A DNA stretch of 63,212 nt, taken from the NCBI GenBank assembly GCA_011109175.1, contig RDEW01000105.1:12184-75395 (forward strand). The letters run 5' to 3'. How positions within the stretch are numbered: position 1 is the stretch's first letter; every line of letters begins with the position of its first letter. Positions 1 through 13,699 of this stretch are shown here, piece after piece. The DNA is from Dicyema japonicum (Eukaryota; Animalia; Dicyemida). A program made the position numbers and the translations under genes. The notes below the pieces were generated by a model. It was given only the letters and a program-made list of their open reading frames with translations. It made no database searches and was not told the origin of the DNA.

Positions 1-66
1 AAAAAATAAAAATAATTTTTAAAAATGTTGGCAAATTTCAGAATATCATTGAAAATAGAAAAAATC

Positions 67-578
67 TGGTTGAGGTGGTGACGTCCCTCTTGAAAAGTAT
101 GTCTGAAAAACACGAAAATTGCAACCTAAATGACTTCTCTCTTTTAACGTTCAATGTCAAAGGACTCTCTAGTGCATGAAAAAGAAAAGAACTTTATGAA
201 GACCTTTCAAAATACAAGATATTACTCGGATGTCTGCAAGAGACATAAATATCGAAGGAGTTTGAAATCTTATACAAGGGAACAGGAACTAAGCCAATAT
301 CATATTACTGATTCAAGATGGAGGCTCTTTGGACACATACTCCCCCACGATATGGGGACCCCTGCCAACATAGCAATGGAGGAGTATTTTGTCTTAGAAG
401 CTTCTAGTTTCCGCGGCCGGCCGAGGACAACACTGCCGGTTATTCTAGATGAAGATCTCAGGATATGCTACGGAACATGGCAACAGATCGAAAAGATGGG
501 GGACGTTAATAAGATTGTTAACTTTTCGTGTTGCACATGCTTTGTCCTGATTTTGGCATCGCGTACGTTCCTATAATA
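67..578 (+). mobile_element. Internally deleted, non-autonomous RTE-clade LINE derivative (~512 bp)
   Basis: The 5' part translates to an APE endonuclease N-terminus (LTFNVKGLS...GCLQET). It is fused to the RTE C-terminus (SRWRLFGHIL...FRGRPRTTLP) and a taa tail. A 15-bp TSD aaaatagaaaaaatc lies at 52-66 and 579-593, and the paralogous site at ~27060 is empty. Confidence 0.85.
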
Positions 579-1559
579 AAAATAGAAAAAATCGATAAAA
601 ATGACAAATTTCAGAATTAGCAAATTTAAGAGTGGCATATTTGAGAGAGTTTATTGTATAAAACTTTTTATTAACAAAAAGAAAAAAGAGTAAACAGTTA
701 TATAGCGGCTGCCGTAACTTCGGGCTATTTCCTAGTGAGGATGACAAAAGAGATTCGCACAAATAACCAGCGGAGCTCACGACGTCTCAAAAATCCCATC
801 ATCGCAGGAGCAAGGGTACCAGACGTCTCTAAGGCGAGTGGAACAAAAAAATCCTTTGCAGGACCGCATACTTTTCCCGGTTAATCTCTCGGCTTTCTTA
901 TCGGCTGAACAGGCTCCAGAGGTTCTCTGGAGTGGTTGCAAGAGGAAAAACGCTCCGTACAATTTGAAATATTTTTACATTGTTTTGAAATATGCTATAT
1001 TCTGTTAAAAATTAAAAATTTTTGAATTTATGTAAGGGTTGTCATGACTGCCCCACTGTATTTCACAAATTTTTTTTACTTGAAAATTTATTAGTTTCTC
1101 TATTATATGGATTTCTTAAATTGTGACTAAGAGAATTATAAAAACAAACTTTAATGGTATTCGAAGAAAGCACTTGATGGTCAATAATCCAGAGATTTCT
1201 TCTCGTGGGGTATATTGACGACTGTGACTGACATGTCCAACCTTTTTCCCTAATAGATCTATTATAGACTAGTAGTGCTACAAGCGAAAAAAGCAGATAG
1301 TAAATGGGAAACTAACAACTAAACTCCCGTAAAAAGTAAGAAAGTCATATACATCTTTTTCTAATGGACTTTTGACAGTAACAAGAAAAAATCATGAGTA
1401 AAATACAGGAAATGCTTGACGGAGATTTATGAGAAAATAAATTTTATGTTTTTTTTTTATTTTAAAAAATTTTAGATAACAGGGTGTTAACTAAATGATT
1501 CGATATAGATAATGTATTGACTACAAATTTGATTCATTTAATATTCTATATATTGCAAT

Positions 1560-2745
1560 CTCCACATGAAGAAGTTGAAGGATGGCAGTTGATTTTTAAA
1601 CGATCTATAACACATGGTTTAGCAATTTGATTCAATTAATATTTTATATATTGCAATCTCCATGTGAAGAAGTTGAAGGATGGCAGTTGATTTTTAAACG
1701 ATCTATAACACATGGTTTAGCAGAAACAGGAATAAAGTTAAATTTACTTAATCAATTCAACCTCAGTTTAATTAGTCAGAAAAGTTTTGTTTGCGGATGA
1801 GTTACTACTCAGTAATTTCAAAAAATTCTAATGGACTTTTGGATAAATTAAAAAAGAGACAAGGATTCAGAATGCGCAAGTTACATGCGGAAATGCAAAC
1901 AGATAAATCTGTATACGTTGAATCCCTTCTTGAAGAATTTAAAAAATTCAATAGCAGATAAATTCTACCAAATCGATAATATGGATTAAACTGCTATAAG
2001 CTCAGTCCATCGAAAAGCATCTGCAGAAACCGATTTTAAGGTTACAAAAATTTCAAAGACCGTGTCTCAATTATGCTATGTTCAAACAAACCAGTGATAA
2101 TTTCAAGACCAAAAATGTCTCGATGTTTTCGAAATTATGACTATAGTTCACAAAAAGCTTGAGTGATTGGATTCATATTAATGGATTGGTTGATTAATTA
2201 CGATGTTCAGCTCAAGAATAAAAAAACGAAATTTAATACTGATTGACAACTGCCCGGCGCATTGTATCCAGCCAAATTTGGAATATATAAAAATATTGTT
2301 TCTTCCAAAAATAGCACGGGGTTGCTTTAATCCATGGATATTGGTATCATAAAATCTTGTAATTATACCAGACACAAGTTAATCTATTTGACGGAATTAT
2401 TGGAAAATCAAAATATTTCGGTCTATAATTCTTACAAGAATTTGAATTTAAGGGATACGGTCTTTTTTACAAAAATGGCATAGGAAGACGAATCCGAAGA
2501 GACGATCAGGAAATGTTTCAAAGTTAATAATAACTCCAATAACGAAATTCTTGAAATTGATATTAATGATACAAATATCAGAAGAACAGACATTTTCGAT
2601 CCTCGCAAAGTTGAAAATTTTTTAAATATTGAATACACGGAAAATGAAACATTTATTGAAAATCAAAATCCTTTAAAAAATTCAGAAAATAGTAAACAAG
2701 AATAAGAAAATCACAAAACATAGAGACAAAATAGATATTGCAGTT
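1560..2745 (+). mobile_element. Degenerate pogo/Tigger-like (DDE_1) transposase
   Basis: Frameshifted remnants: LDKLKKRQGFRMRKLH, KDRVSIMLCSN, LIDNCPAH, FLPKNSTGLL*SMDIGIIKS. Many stops. TIRs not identified. Confidence 0.8.
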
Positions 2746-3542
2746 AGATTAGCACCAATAGAAGGAATTCTGAACCAATGTTGAGAGTGAACATGAAGTT
2801 TCTCTAATTTCTTCAATAAGAAATTACTAAGCAAGTTTTATTGAAGTATGATAAAACAATTAGAAATTACATTTTAATTAAATAAAACATACAATTTTTT
2901 GTTCATTCAAGGCTATTATTTGCTGATTGTTATTCAAAATCTAAAGTTATTTTTTCAAATTGGCCATTTATCAAATTTGCCAAAAGATTCTATGAGAATG
3001 GCCAATTTGCAAAGGTCGAGCCAGTCAAACACACCACCAAAATTCCGATCAAAATGATTTGCATCTAAATTTTCTAGTATACTTTATACAATAATTACCT
3101 GAAACATCTGAATTATGATCCCATTATATCCACTGATGATAATAAAAAAACATCATCTAAACTCTCACTTTTTTTAATTAAAATATAATAAACTTTTATA
3201 CTCATTATGATCACTACAGAAACTTTTGACATTTTTATAAACAGTGTTTCATTTGTAGATGAATGAAACATTGTGTTTTTCTAGTATTAAATGATTCGTA
3301 TACTTATAAAAAGCTGTAGTTTAATAAATAAAAATGCTTCGTTAAATATAATTCTTTTAGTTTTTGGTTGATTTCCAACCAATACTTTTGAAAAACTGTT
3401 TGATTGAGAGGTGACATGTAACATGTATGGGACACGACATATTATTCATATTTAGATGCCTTAAATGCCATTACTTAGACTTTTAATTGACACAAATAAC
3501 ATTTTTTAGCAGTTGCCCAGAAAAATTATCATATACATAATA

Positions 3543-4562
3543 TGTTGCGAGCGCAGAGAGTGATCCATCACTGTCAATCATCGTCAAAAATAAAAATAAT
3601 CTATTACATCAAATTAAATGCAAGGTTAACGAGCACTAGCACTATTTTCGACTTTGACAAAATTATTAGACAATTTCTCGACAATATTTACTGGATCCCC
3701 AAACGGATGTTCAATTTTTTTAATCGAAGAGAAGGATTCGTCCCATAATTTTTTTGAATACGAAGATTTAAGTAATTAAAAATAGAATACAATATCTCCA
3801 ACATCTAACTCATATTTTGATCTATGCACTCTTATCTTCTTATTCATTCTTCTATAATATGAAGACTGCAAATTCGCCCTTTTAAAGTTAAACTGTTACT
3901 CATCATCTTTACTAATAAGTAACAATAAAAAACCTTTATTATAAATGTCTGGATTTTCTACAACTTCCAATTCTTCCATATTAAAACTTTTTGGATTTTC
4001 CTGACATCTGATTCTACAACTGTGTGGAATCCAGGAATACCAAGATACTCTTTTATCCAATTCCTCCAATTAAAACTTTCAGGATTATCGTGAACATGAT
4101 TCCACAACAGTGTTGAATATAGGAATAACACGATACTCTTTGGAATCGGTCAGAGATAACTCGCCTAGAAATAACATGTAATAAATATTAAGCGAATTCC
4201 GGAACATGGGAACATATGACGATAATATTAAATTCCTGCTTATTCCTCCTAAAACTTTTATTAAAATTAAATAAAAACTTTTCTATACTTCCGAGTTGCT
4301 GATACATTCAGGTCTTGTCCCTCCAGCATGCATTTTATAATGTTGTACTCTTCAGTAGTTTTTATGGTAACAAATCTTTTATAAAATACTTATACTCATA
4401 ATAATTATTATTACCTAAGAGTAATCACTATTAGTAAAAAGAATGATTGTGCATAAAAATGCACAAATTATTCCGAAACTTAAGTATTGATTAATTTGCA
4501 ATAAACATGATAGCTGTTGACACCTGTAAAATTACCTGTTATTACTCTCAGCGCTCGCGACA
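3543..4562 (-). mobile_element. Non-autonomous Ginger2/Tdd-like DNA transposon
   Basis: TIRs TGTTGCGAGCGCAGAGAGT / ACTCTCAGCGCTCGCGACA and a 5-bp TSD TAATA. The site is empty in paralogous cassettes (e.g. ~22460). Internal remnants (IKTTEEYNIIK, YLGIPGFHTVV) are homologous to the integrase-like element at 8226-13108. Confidence 0.85.
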
Positions 4563-4695
4563 TAATATTATGCGGAAATAAACTAAATATTGTTATTATT
4601 AGTAAAATTATTAAATAATTAGTAAGAAAAGTATCTAACTATGATCCTAAATTATATATAACTAATAGTACCAAGTAAAGAAGATAAGCCATTGA

Positions 4696-5528
4696 TTAGT
4701 AGAAGCGTAATAAAAAATAGATAGTAAATCCAGAAATTAATTTCATTCGATCCATTAGAGGTGGTCTTTTCATCATTGGGAGCACTATTATAAACATTGA
4801 CAAAAATTAACAAAATCATTACCTTTTTCAAGGCACCACCATGTGTTTTCTAATCTATGCCCAGTGTCGATTGTTAATTTTGATACATGTCTAAAAATTA
4901 TTAAAATTATACGCGTTGTCATGAAAAGTAGGATTCATTAAACAATTTTTATTACAATTACTCTGAGTTAAGCCGACGTGATTAAACCCAAGCACGTGGA
5001 ATAACTCATGAGACATAACCTCTGAAGTCTTTTCATCGGTGAATTTTTTCATAACAATTCCTACTGCGGAATTTGAGCAAACAGTTCTTACGTATGAGAA
5101 ACATCCACCAGAACTACCAGTTCTAAACAATTAGTTTTAATAATTACTCAAAAAATAAAACTCCGTCAACTCCATTAAAATAATTATATTTCCGTGCGTA
5201 TAAAATTGCCTTGAGAGTATTATCCGGTGTAACTTCATTGGTGTAATAAATTTTTTTAAATTTTATCATTACTTTGATAGTGCCAAAATACTAAAATATA
5301 AGTAATTTTATACTTTTTGAGATAATATGAACAATTTATTTATGTAATCTTCTATATTGGCCTGATTAAAGTCAAATTCTTTTTTCTATATAAAAATTAA
5401 GTGAAACAAAGTTGTAGTCAATAACAATGCCGATATCAAATTTTCTACTTAAGAATCTGTTATCTAAATTTGTTTCAATAGAATTTACCGACAAAAACAC
5501 AAAAAAATGGAAAAAACAGAAAATTCAT
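4696..5528 (-). CDS. Reprolysin (M12B)-like zinc metalloprotease, copy A; 6 micro-introns; apparently intact, ~225 aa
   Basis: Near-identical reverse complement of copy D (36592-37424). HELFHVLGFNH zinc motif, CLMNP Met-turn, hydrophobic N-terminus. Open after splicing. Confidence 0.75.
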
Positions 5529-6489
5529 ATTATCAAAATTGCAAAAAAGTCGTTTACAAATTCGCTTATAAGCTTAATTTTCATCAATTATTTTTCATGC
5601 GTATAATATGACTTTGGAAAATTTGGTTTCATTAAAATTTTTGATTAATTCTAAAGTTTTAATTGTTTTGCAGATGCTTAATATCAGGATACTATTTAAG
5701 AGTTTTTGAAATTTATTATATATAAAAACAGTGTTTATCAAAGTAAATCTTACATTATTAATAGAGAATTATCCAGATTAATTAGTTTTTTCATGTCTTT
5801 GATTCCTTCCATATTTTTTACTACTCATTCTATTATCTTCTTTTCTATGGACATACAAGAGTATTCGCATGATGTGAGTCAAAAAACACATTCTAAAGGT
5901 TCTTTGTGCACAGTTGTTTATATATATCTGTGAACATATCTATCTACTTTCACCTGCCTTATTTATATCTGTGCATATATCTATCTACTTTCACTCTCTG
6001 TTAATATAGTAGCCATTAACTCTTGTATGTGAATATAGTAGCCTTAACAAGGAATAACTTAGAATTTACATAAATGAATTATCCCCAACATCTACGTTCT
6101 GTTATTTCTTTATATAGAGGGTCTATTAATGATTCTGTTTGCAGCTTCAGTTGTTCTATACAGGCAGTGGAATTTGTGAAACACATTTTCAAAAAGTCTA
6201 TTGTTTATTCAAACAGCAAAGTTATTTTACCAAAAAATTAAAATGAAAATCATTCAACAATTACAAGTCACCCTTATTTAATTGACTTCCTCAAAAATTA
6301 ATTTTCACAGTCCGCACGGGATACTCCATCGATTTTTTACATTTTTATAACATTTATCCTTACTTTAATTATTTTAAGTAAATAAATATAAAATTTTTTC
6401 AAATTTATTTGATGCATGGCATTAATTATTAATTCTAAAATATGAGATTATGATTAATAATAGCACTTTCAAAGAACCAAAAAAGTAAT

Positions 6490-8150
6490 TTATTTAAAGG
6501 TCCCATCTGCCGTATTTTCTTTAGGTTATTCTTTCTTCCACAATTTTCTTAACTAACTTCCTCCATGCTCCACGGTTACTGGCAATGATTCTAGGCGTAT
6601 TTAAATCATCTCCTGTTTTCAGCTATCGTCTTACATTGGTCAGGTCCTTGTGTAGAACCTCTGGCAAAGTTTTGCGAAATCTTCCACTGAACGAGGTATT
6701 CACTTCTGGGCAGAAGTAGTATTCTATTGCTATTTTCTAGTTTGTCCATTACCGCTTGTGTGACTCCCTAGGTTTCAGCGTTGTACATGAGGACCGGTTT
6801 CACTAAGGCATTGTATGATCTTACACGTAATTGTGTGCTAATTTGTTTACGATAATTCCGAACTACTCCCATTTTTCTAAAGGCCGGCCAATAATTTTCT
6901 GTTAGTGATATCCTCAGCGTCTCTGAGCAACGACCCCAATTTTTTACACTATCTCTATTTTTCTTCATTTCGAGTTAATTCACGGCGTATGGTTGTTGTC
7001 TCCGTCTTTTCCGTATTGATTTTGATGAACCATTTTTCTAGCACATCTGGCATTCTTCTCTGTATTTAGTTTAATGTTTTCTCGTCGCTGAATATATAGT
7101 CGATATTATCTGCATAAATCACTCCAGTTTGAGGTTAGTCGCGAATTCGAATGGGCCGCGCACTTTATTGCATCGATGGTGTCTTGCCACAGCTCTTTAT
7201 TCCACTGTCTGATCTTTTTTCTCAATGTATTTTGATTGCTTTCCCGAGTCGGTTTCACCATGAAGAGTTGTTCCACTGCGTACCTCCCCTCAGATATCCT
7301 CATGCCATCGCTTTAAATACCCCAAAATATCGTTTAAAAAGGCAACGTGCCACAACCAATTTGTGATCACTATCTACTAGTGTCCCCCTGTATCTCCGAA
7401 AGTCTGTTAGTAGTACCTTGTAGGCTTGTTAGCAGATAATGTGTTCTATTTGGTTATATATATGCTTGATAGTCCCAGATTTGTCCTTTCGGTAGCAACT
7501 CCATGTCTATTTCTTGCTGAGTGCCTGAAAGCAGATTGCATAGAAATAGTTCGAGTGTATTGCAAAATTTGATAAGCGATTCTCCTGACTTCTTCCAGAT
7601 CCCTCTTCCATGCTTCCCATGAATTCTTTTTGACTACTCCCACGTCCTGGCTTTGAGTTCCAAACTCCGGCAATGTATATCATGAATGATGTTTCCTAAA
7701 ATGCATATATCTTGCTCCATTGATTGATACTTTTACTGAATTTGGTGCATATACATTAATAATGGAGATTATGGAATTGATCTTTTCATTGTACTTTAAT
7801 TGTAAAACACATATTTTATCACTCACCCTCCACGTCTTATGGATTCGATTGTTAAATTTTACTGTATTGCAGTTCCTATCCGTAGTTTTTATAATTCGAA
7901 GGGTGCAGAATCAAACGGAAATCGTTGTTGATTTCAACTAGTCCGCCTTTTACTTTCGTTTCTTGTAGACACGCCACGGTTACATTGTACGATTCAAAAT
8001 CCACGAATAAATTTCTTCTTTTAGTATCTGACTTTAATCCTCTTACATTGAACGAGCTGTTAGTGAATGATCCCAAAGAAAAGTATGTAAAAAACATGTG
8101 TGTAATAGGACCACGTCAACAGCTCAACCAATGGATTAGAACAACCAGAA
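6490..8150 (-). mobile_element. Degenerate RTE LINE with RT core deleted
   Basis: APE N-terminus (SFNVRGLKS...VACLQETK), linker (IKCAAH), RT C-terminus (YNALVKPVLMYNAET) and the RTE 3' end. Confidence 0.8.
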
Positions 8151-8225
8151 ACAATTGAAGACAATTAATGTAGGAAATATAGTTATGATTTTAAAAAAAC
8201 AAGGGAAAATTAACTTTTAATATTA

Positions 8226-11200
8226 TGTCTTGAGCCACAGACGTTACCTTTGACAGCTGAAATCAATGTCAATCATTGTCCAAAAAATAAGATCATTAAT
8301 TATTTCAAAGCTAACATTAACTAATTATTGATAATTATCTTTTTAAGGGGTTTAGAATGACATTCTTCACAATTCCCTCAAATTCTTTAACATTGACAAA
8401 TTGTGGTACATTTTTGCAACAATAGTGACAGCATCTCCGTAGGGAAGCTCAAACCTTTGCAGGCGAAGTGACGGACTAGTTCCATACTCCTTCTGAATAC
8501 GAACCTTTTAAGTAATTATAAATTGAATACAATATCTCCAATGTTAAAATCATATTTCGACAGATACTCTCCCATCTTTTTATTCATCCTTTTTATATTA
8601 GGAGGAATTCAAGTCTACCCAAGGAAAATCAAATTTAATCACCTTTTGTATAATTATAGGCAAAAAACTTTTACTATATGATTCAAAGGCGTCTTCACCG
8701 TCTGGCTCTGTTAATTCAGCAATATTATCAACACTTTCCTGGTTATCTTCACCGTCTCAGTTACTGTATTTTTAACAATGGTGTTGTAGCCCGGAATCCC
8801 TCGATATCTCTGAAACGGACTAACACCTATAAATAAATAAAAGCACAAATTTACCTGTGGATGAGTGAGGTGTTTGATTGTATAAAAACACATCCTTTCG
8901 AATGTGATTTATCCACTCTTTCTTGTCATCCGAAGCCATATTTTGAATAGACGCCCATAACTGACACCAACCAAGAAAAATGATCATTTTGATTCTCAAA
9001 TCTATAATAAACTTTAAACCTCTTAAGATCAAACAGATCAATTTGAAATCTCTCATTAGGCAAATCAGCAACAAAATGACTTAAATCGTCATATTGTTTG
9101 AGAGGAACTGCAAACTTGCAAACATTGCAGTCTTTTACAACTTGACGAATAACAGTTATTTTGTTAGCGCAAAATCTCCTACGACAAAGCGCATCCAGAG
9201 CGTTATGTCCACAGTGATTTGTCTGGTGAATCTCCTGAGCAATAGTCCTCAATTCTTCTTTACTAGTTAAGGATATCACAAATTTGTGAAGTCCGTCAAC
9301 AACTTTCAAATATAGCTTTTCATCAATAACAATAAAATTTTCAGCTTTCTTTTTTATTCGTACCTCATTTGCTTCGCAATATTCACATCTTCATCATTAA
9401 GGATGGTTTTTAGGAGTTGGTACTCTACATTATCTTTGATAACAGTCTTGGTACTAGGCTTCAGGTCAAAGAGACGAAAATTTCTAGCGTGGATTATTAT
9501 TTTATATTAAATAAATAGTTAGCAAGACTAAAATTCGAGTAATTTTTTGATAAAATAATTTAATAATAATTATTAATATTATCGTATAATTAATCTTTAT
9601 ATTGGAATATAATAATTTATAAAAATATAAAAAATTATAATATTGATTAAATTTTTATTAAAATGACAGTTATGACAGTTGTTTTTTTGGTTAGGTAGTG
9701 ACGTGCTTCGTTTCTTCTCTGTACAACGGATAAGAAAAATGTTTAGAAAGCAGAAGATACAAAAGAATATGCTTGCCCTAAAATTTCTTACATTCAATGC
9801 TAGAGGATTATCTAAGCCCCAGTCAAGAAATACTCTCTGTGATGATTCAGAAAGATGCGACGTTTCTATTTACTGTATACAAGAGACGAAAATTACGTAC
9901 TATCTGGATGAAAACCACGGAAGATATCGTCTAATATGTCNATGCTAGAGGATTATCTAAGCCCCAGTCAAGAAATACTCTCTGTGATGACCTAGAAAGA
10001 TGCAACGTTTCTATTGGCTTTATACAAGAGACGAAATTTACGTACTATCTCGATGAATACCACGGAAGATATCGTCTAATATGTCTACCCAGTGACTCAA
10101 AACACTATGGTCTTGGATTCGCCATTCACAGAAAACTATCATCTGACAGCAGTCGCATTTGGTGGGTGAATGACAGGATCTGCGTAATACAGATCCACCT
10201 GAACAATCAATGTTCCCCTAAAAATACACTAACGATTATAAATGTATATGCACCACACTGTGGAAGAGTGGCAAAAAACCCGACCGAACTGGATGAATTC
10301 TACTCAGCATTATCAAAGACGTATAATGAATATGAGTCGTCCTCACTTATATTTATTGGGGCGATATGAATGCGAAAATCGGAACAAAAAAGAACTCAGA
10401 AGATACCTTCATGGGAAGACACGGACGTGGGAAAAGAAACTTGCCTGGGACCATACTTGGCCATTTCTGCACGGCAAACAAACTGTTCTTGTGCAACACC
10501 GCATTCTCTCATCGTGCATGCCACATAACCATCTGGATGGGCGAACGAAGAAACCCAAAAGGATAACTATTCTCTATATACAACCAAATTGATTATATTA
10601 TATGCCGGATCAATGACAAACGCTCTCTTTAATAAACGCACGCTCATACGAAGGTTCAACAACTGTCAGCGATCACAGAATGGTTATTGTCACCTTCAGC
10701 CTGGCGAAACATGGTATCAAACATAAGAAACATAATAACATTACAAACAATAATAATGAGAATACAAGAAATGGATACGCAACGGGAAAACTGATCTCTC
10801 ATCCAGACACAGTCAAAAATTACCAAAAACACATCTGCTCTCATCTGAAGGACCAAACAGTAGGAATTTCGTGGGATCACACAAAGTATATAATAAACGA
10901 AGCATCAAGCCAGTACCTCGGCACGCGGGAGATGGCCAGTAAGGGTCGGACGACACATACAGAACTAGTAAAGGAGTTAGCAAAGGAGTTAAAAGAAATC
11001 CATACAAAAAAACTAATCGAAAAAGACTATAACAAGAGAAAAGTCCTTCAGGGGCAGAGGGACCAAATCCGTAGAAAAATCAGGAGACTGAACAAGACAC
11101 TCCACCAAGAAGAACTTCTTTGCAAAATCAATGAAGTATCCAAACTAAAGGATAATTCACAAATGTATATGGCCGCTCGTTTACTACGCCACACAAACCG

Positions 11201-13108
11201 GAAGCAACAAATAATCATCAAAAACAGCATTACTGAATACTGAAGAGCAAGCAATCCCCCCATTCAAAGGAAAGCCTAGACCCTTAAAAGAACCAATTTC
11301 AATTTTGGAAGTAAAAACAGCATGTCAAAAACTAAAAAATAACAAAAACCCTGGACCAGATACGATAAACCCAGAATTACTGAAATACGGGCCTGACTCC
11401 CTTTTTGAAAAATCGCTACACTACTAAATGAAATGTTTTCAACTAACTCAACCTTGCCCCTGGGAACGGGATTACTAATACCTATNTGAAATACGGGCCT
11501 GACCCCCTTTTTGAAAAATCGCTACATTACTAAATGAAATGTTTTCAACTAACTCAACTTTGCCCCTGGGAATGGGATTACTAATACCTATACAAAAACC
11601 CAATAAACACTAAGGACCGGTTGAAAACTTACGACCTATTATATTATCAAATTCTTTACGGAAAGTCTTAGCTAACATTGTACTGGAACAAATAAAAGGA
11701 CCCGCCTATGAATTCCTACTCGAAATCAAAGTGGGTTCAGAAAAGGAAGATCAACAGCTGATGCAGTCTGGAGTCACAGATGGACTTGTGAAACACATCA
11801 AAGATATTGCAATGCCACCCACATTCTGGGAATAGATCTAACAAAAGCCTTTGACCTGGTTAACAGGAAAAAATTGATTACAGTGCTGGAAGGGCTTATT
11901 GACGAATCGAGTCTAGGAATGATTCAAATCCTTCTATCTAATACAGAACTCCTTGTGAAAGTTGGAAAAACCTACTCAAGAAAATTTGAAACAAACACAG
12001 GCACTCCTCAAGGAGACTCCCTCTCTCCCCTACTATTCACAATATACTTGGAGGCCGCTATGAGGGAACTGAGACCATTATATCAAGGAANCACAGGCAC
12101 TCCTCAAGGAGACTCCCTCTCTCCCCTACTATTCACAATATACCTAGAGGCCGCTATGAGGGAACTGAGACCATTATATCAAGGAAAAATAGAAGAAGTG
12201 ATTTAAGCTGATGATGTCGACCTAACTTCTGAAGACAGAGAACTCCTGGAGCATGTACTAGAAAAAGCACCAGATATACTTGAGAAATGGTTTCTCACCG
12301 TGAACAGGGAAAAAACAGAACGGACAGAGATAAGACGAATGAACAACTCACTCAAAGAAAAATGGAGACACATAAAGAATCTTGGTTCTCTACTAGGAGA
12401 TAGCCAAGACATCATACGGAGAAAAACATTGGCAAATGCGGCATTACAAAGGCTTAAAAATCTTTGGCTAAAACGGAAAGGATATAAAATAAAACAAAGG
12501 ATTATGTTATACGACACTTTCATCAAACCAATTCTACTATAAAACTCTGGGAGCTGGGCCACCTCTAAAGAGTAATTGGAGAGGCTAGACTCATTTCACA
12601 GGAATCATCTAAGAAACATAACTGGAATGTCCTGGCCATCCAAGATCTCGCGGAATGGACTGTACAATAAGTGTGACTGTATACCATTAAGCCACGAGAT
12701 CATTAGCTCTCGTTGGAGACTTTTTGGACACGTCATTGGGTTGGACCCGATATCCCCTCCGAATATCGCAATGGAAGATTACTACTCCTCCAATGTAAAA
12801 CGCTTTCGTGGAAGACCGAGAACTACCCTCCCGGTCGTTCTACAAAACGATCTGAAAGCCCTGAAGAAAACATTGGCATCTGGTGACGATCTGGACTCAC
12901 TGAGGGACCTAGCAAAGAACAGAAGAGCTAGGAGCAACCTAACTAATTCTCTTATATTTTTTGCTGCACATGCTCTCGTGAAAGTGCTAATAATAATAAG
13001 AAAAAATTATAGTATTGATTAACTTTTAATTAAAATGACAGTTATGACAGTAGATGACAGCTGGCAAATGTAACGTCTGTGGCTCGATAACTGCTCTGGC
13101 TCGCGACA
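8226..13108 (-). mobile_element. Ginger2/Tdd-like DNA transposon (integrase-like transposase remnant at ~8300-9470), interrupted by an RTE
   Basis: Imperfect inverted termini TGTCTTGAGCCACAGACGTTAC...CAGCTG and CAGCTGGCAAATGTAACGTCTGTGGCTC...GGCTCGCGACA. HHCC zinc motif (H-QTNH...C-NV-C), FQIDL, and YNQTPHSSTG|VSPF split by a 28-nt intron (8827-8854). The catalytic core is partly deleted. The flanking 5-mers (TATTA/CAATA) are not a perfect TSD. Confidence 0.75.
9680..13000 (+). mobile_element. Full-length but disrupted RTE-clade LINE (APE + RT)
   Basis: LTFNARGLS, CIQETK, YAPH, NQIDYI, PQGDSLSPLLF, (Y)ADDVD (codon mutated), SRWRLFGHV, FRGRPRTTLP and a (taa)n tail. A 51-bp TSD with 3 mismatches lies at 9629-9679 and 13001-13051. 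Contains n joins at 9941, 11486 and 12091. Confidence 0.92.
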
Positions 13109-13699
13109 CAATAAGATTAAAGTAGAATTCCTTAACCAGGTGTCTTTTTATCTTGGCCTTCTCAAAATCTACAGTTGCTTTATCCAATTGGGCCTAACAG
13201 GATGTTGCATTAATGTAACATGAACTCGCTGCAACTCAGATTTTAAGGCATTGTCAGTCATTTTTGTTTTTTGACGACTTTTTTTGACTGCCTCTTTATT
13301 CAAATTATTATTTTTGCAAGAAATCATAAGTTAGTTACATATATTCGATATATTCCTTGTTATTTTGAATATGCATACAAACTGTTTGTCTTGCTGGCAT
13401 TTTACAATGAAAATTTAACCGCAAAAATATTTTTATAATAATAATTTAAATATTTAAAAATTAATATTTATATTCGATAATTTTTTTTTTTATTTCAAAA
13501 ATTTATTAACAATAAAATATTATTTATTAACTATGGGGGTGAACGGCTGCTGACNCTTGTTATTTTGAATATGCCTACAAACTGGTTTTCTTGCAGGCAT
13601 TTTACGATGAAAATATAACCGCAAAAATATTTTTTTAATAATAACTCAAATATTTTAAAATTAATATTTATATTCGATAATTTTTTTTTTTATTTCAAA

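Noticed and set aside
70-85. Similarity between the RTE 5' motif (ttgaggtggtgacgtc) and the DNA encoding the 2A peptide (ttgagtggtgacgtc)
   Set aside because: The RTE copies have no NPGP and the motif is out of frame with APE. Most likely coincidence.
700-962. Cys-containing minus-strand ORF (WYPCSCD) as a RING-variant gene
   Set aside because: Too short, interrupted by stops in both copies, and the full ligand pattern is missing.
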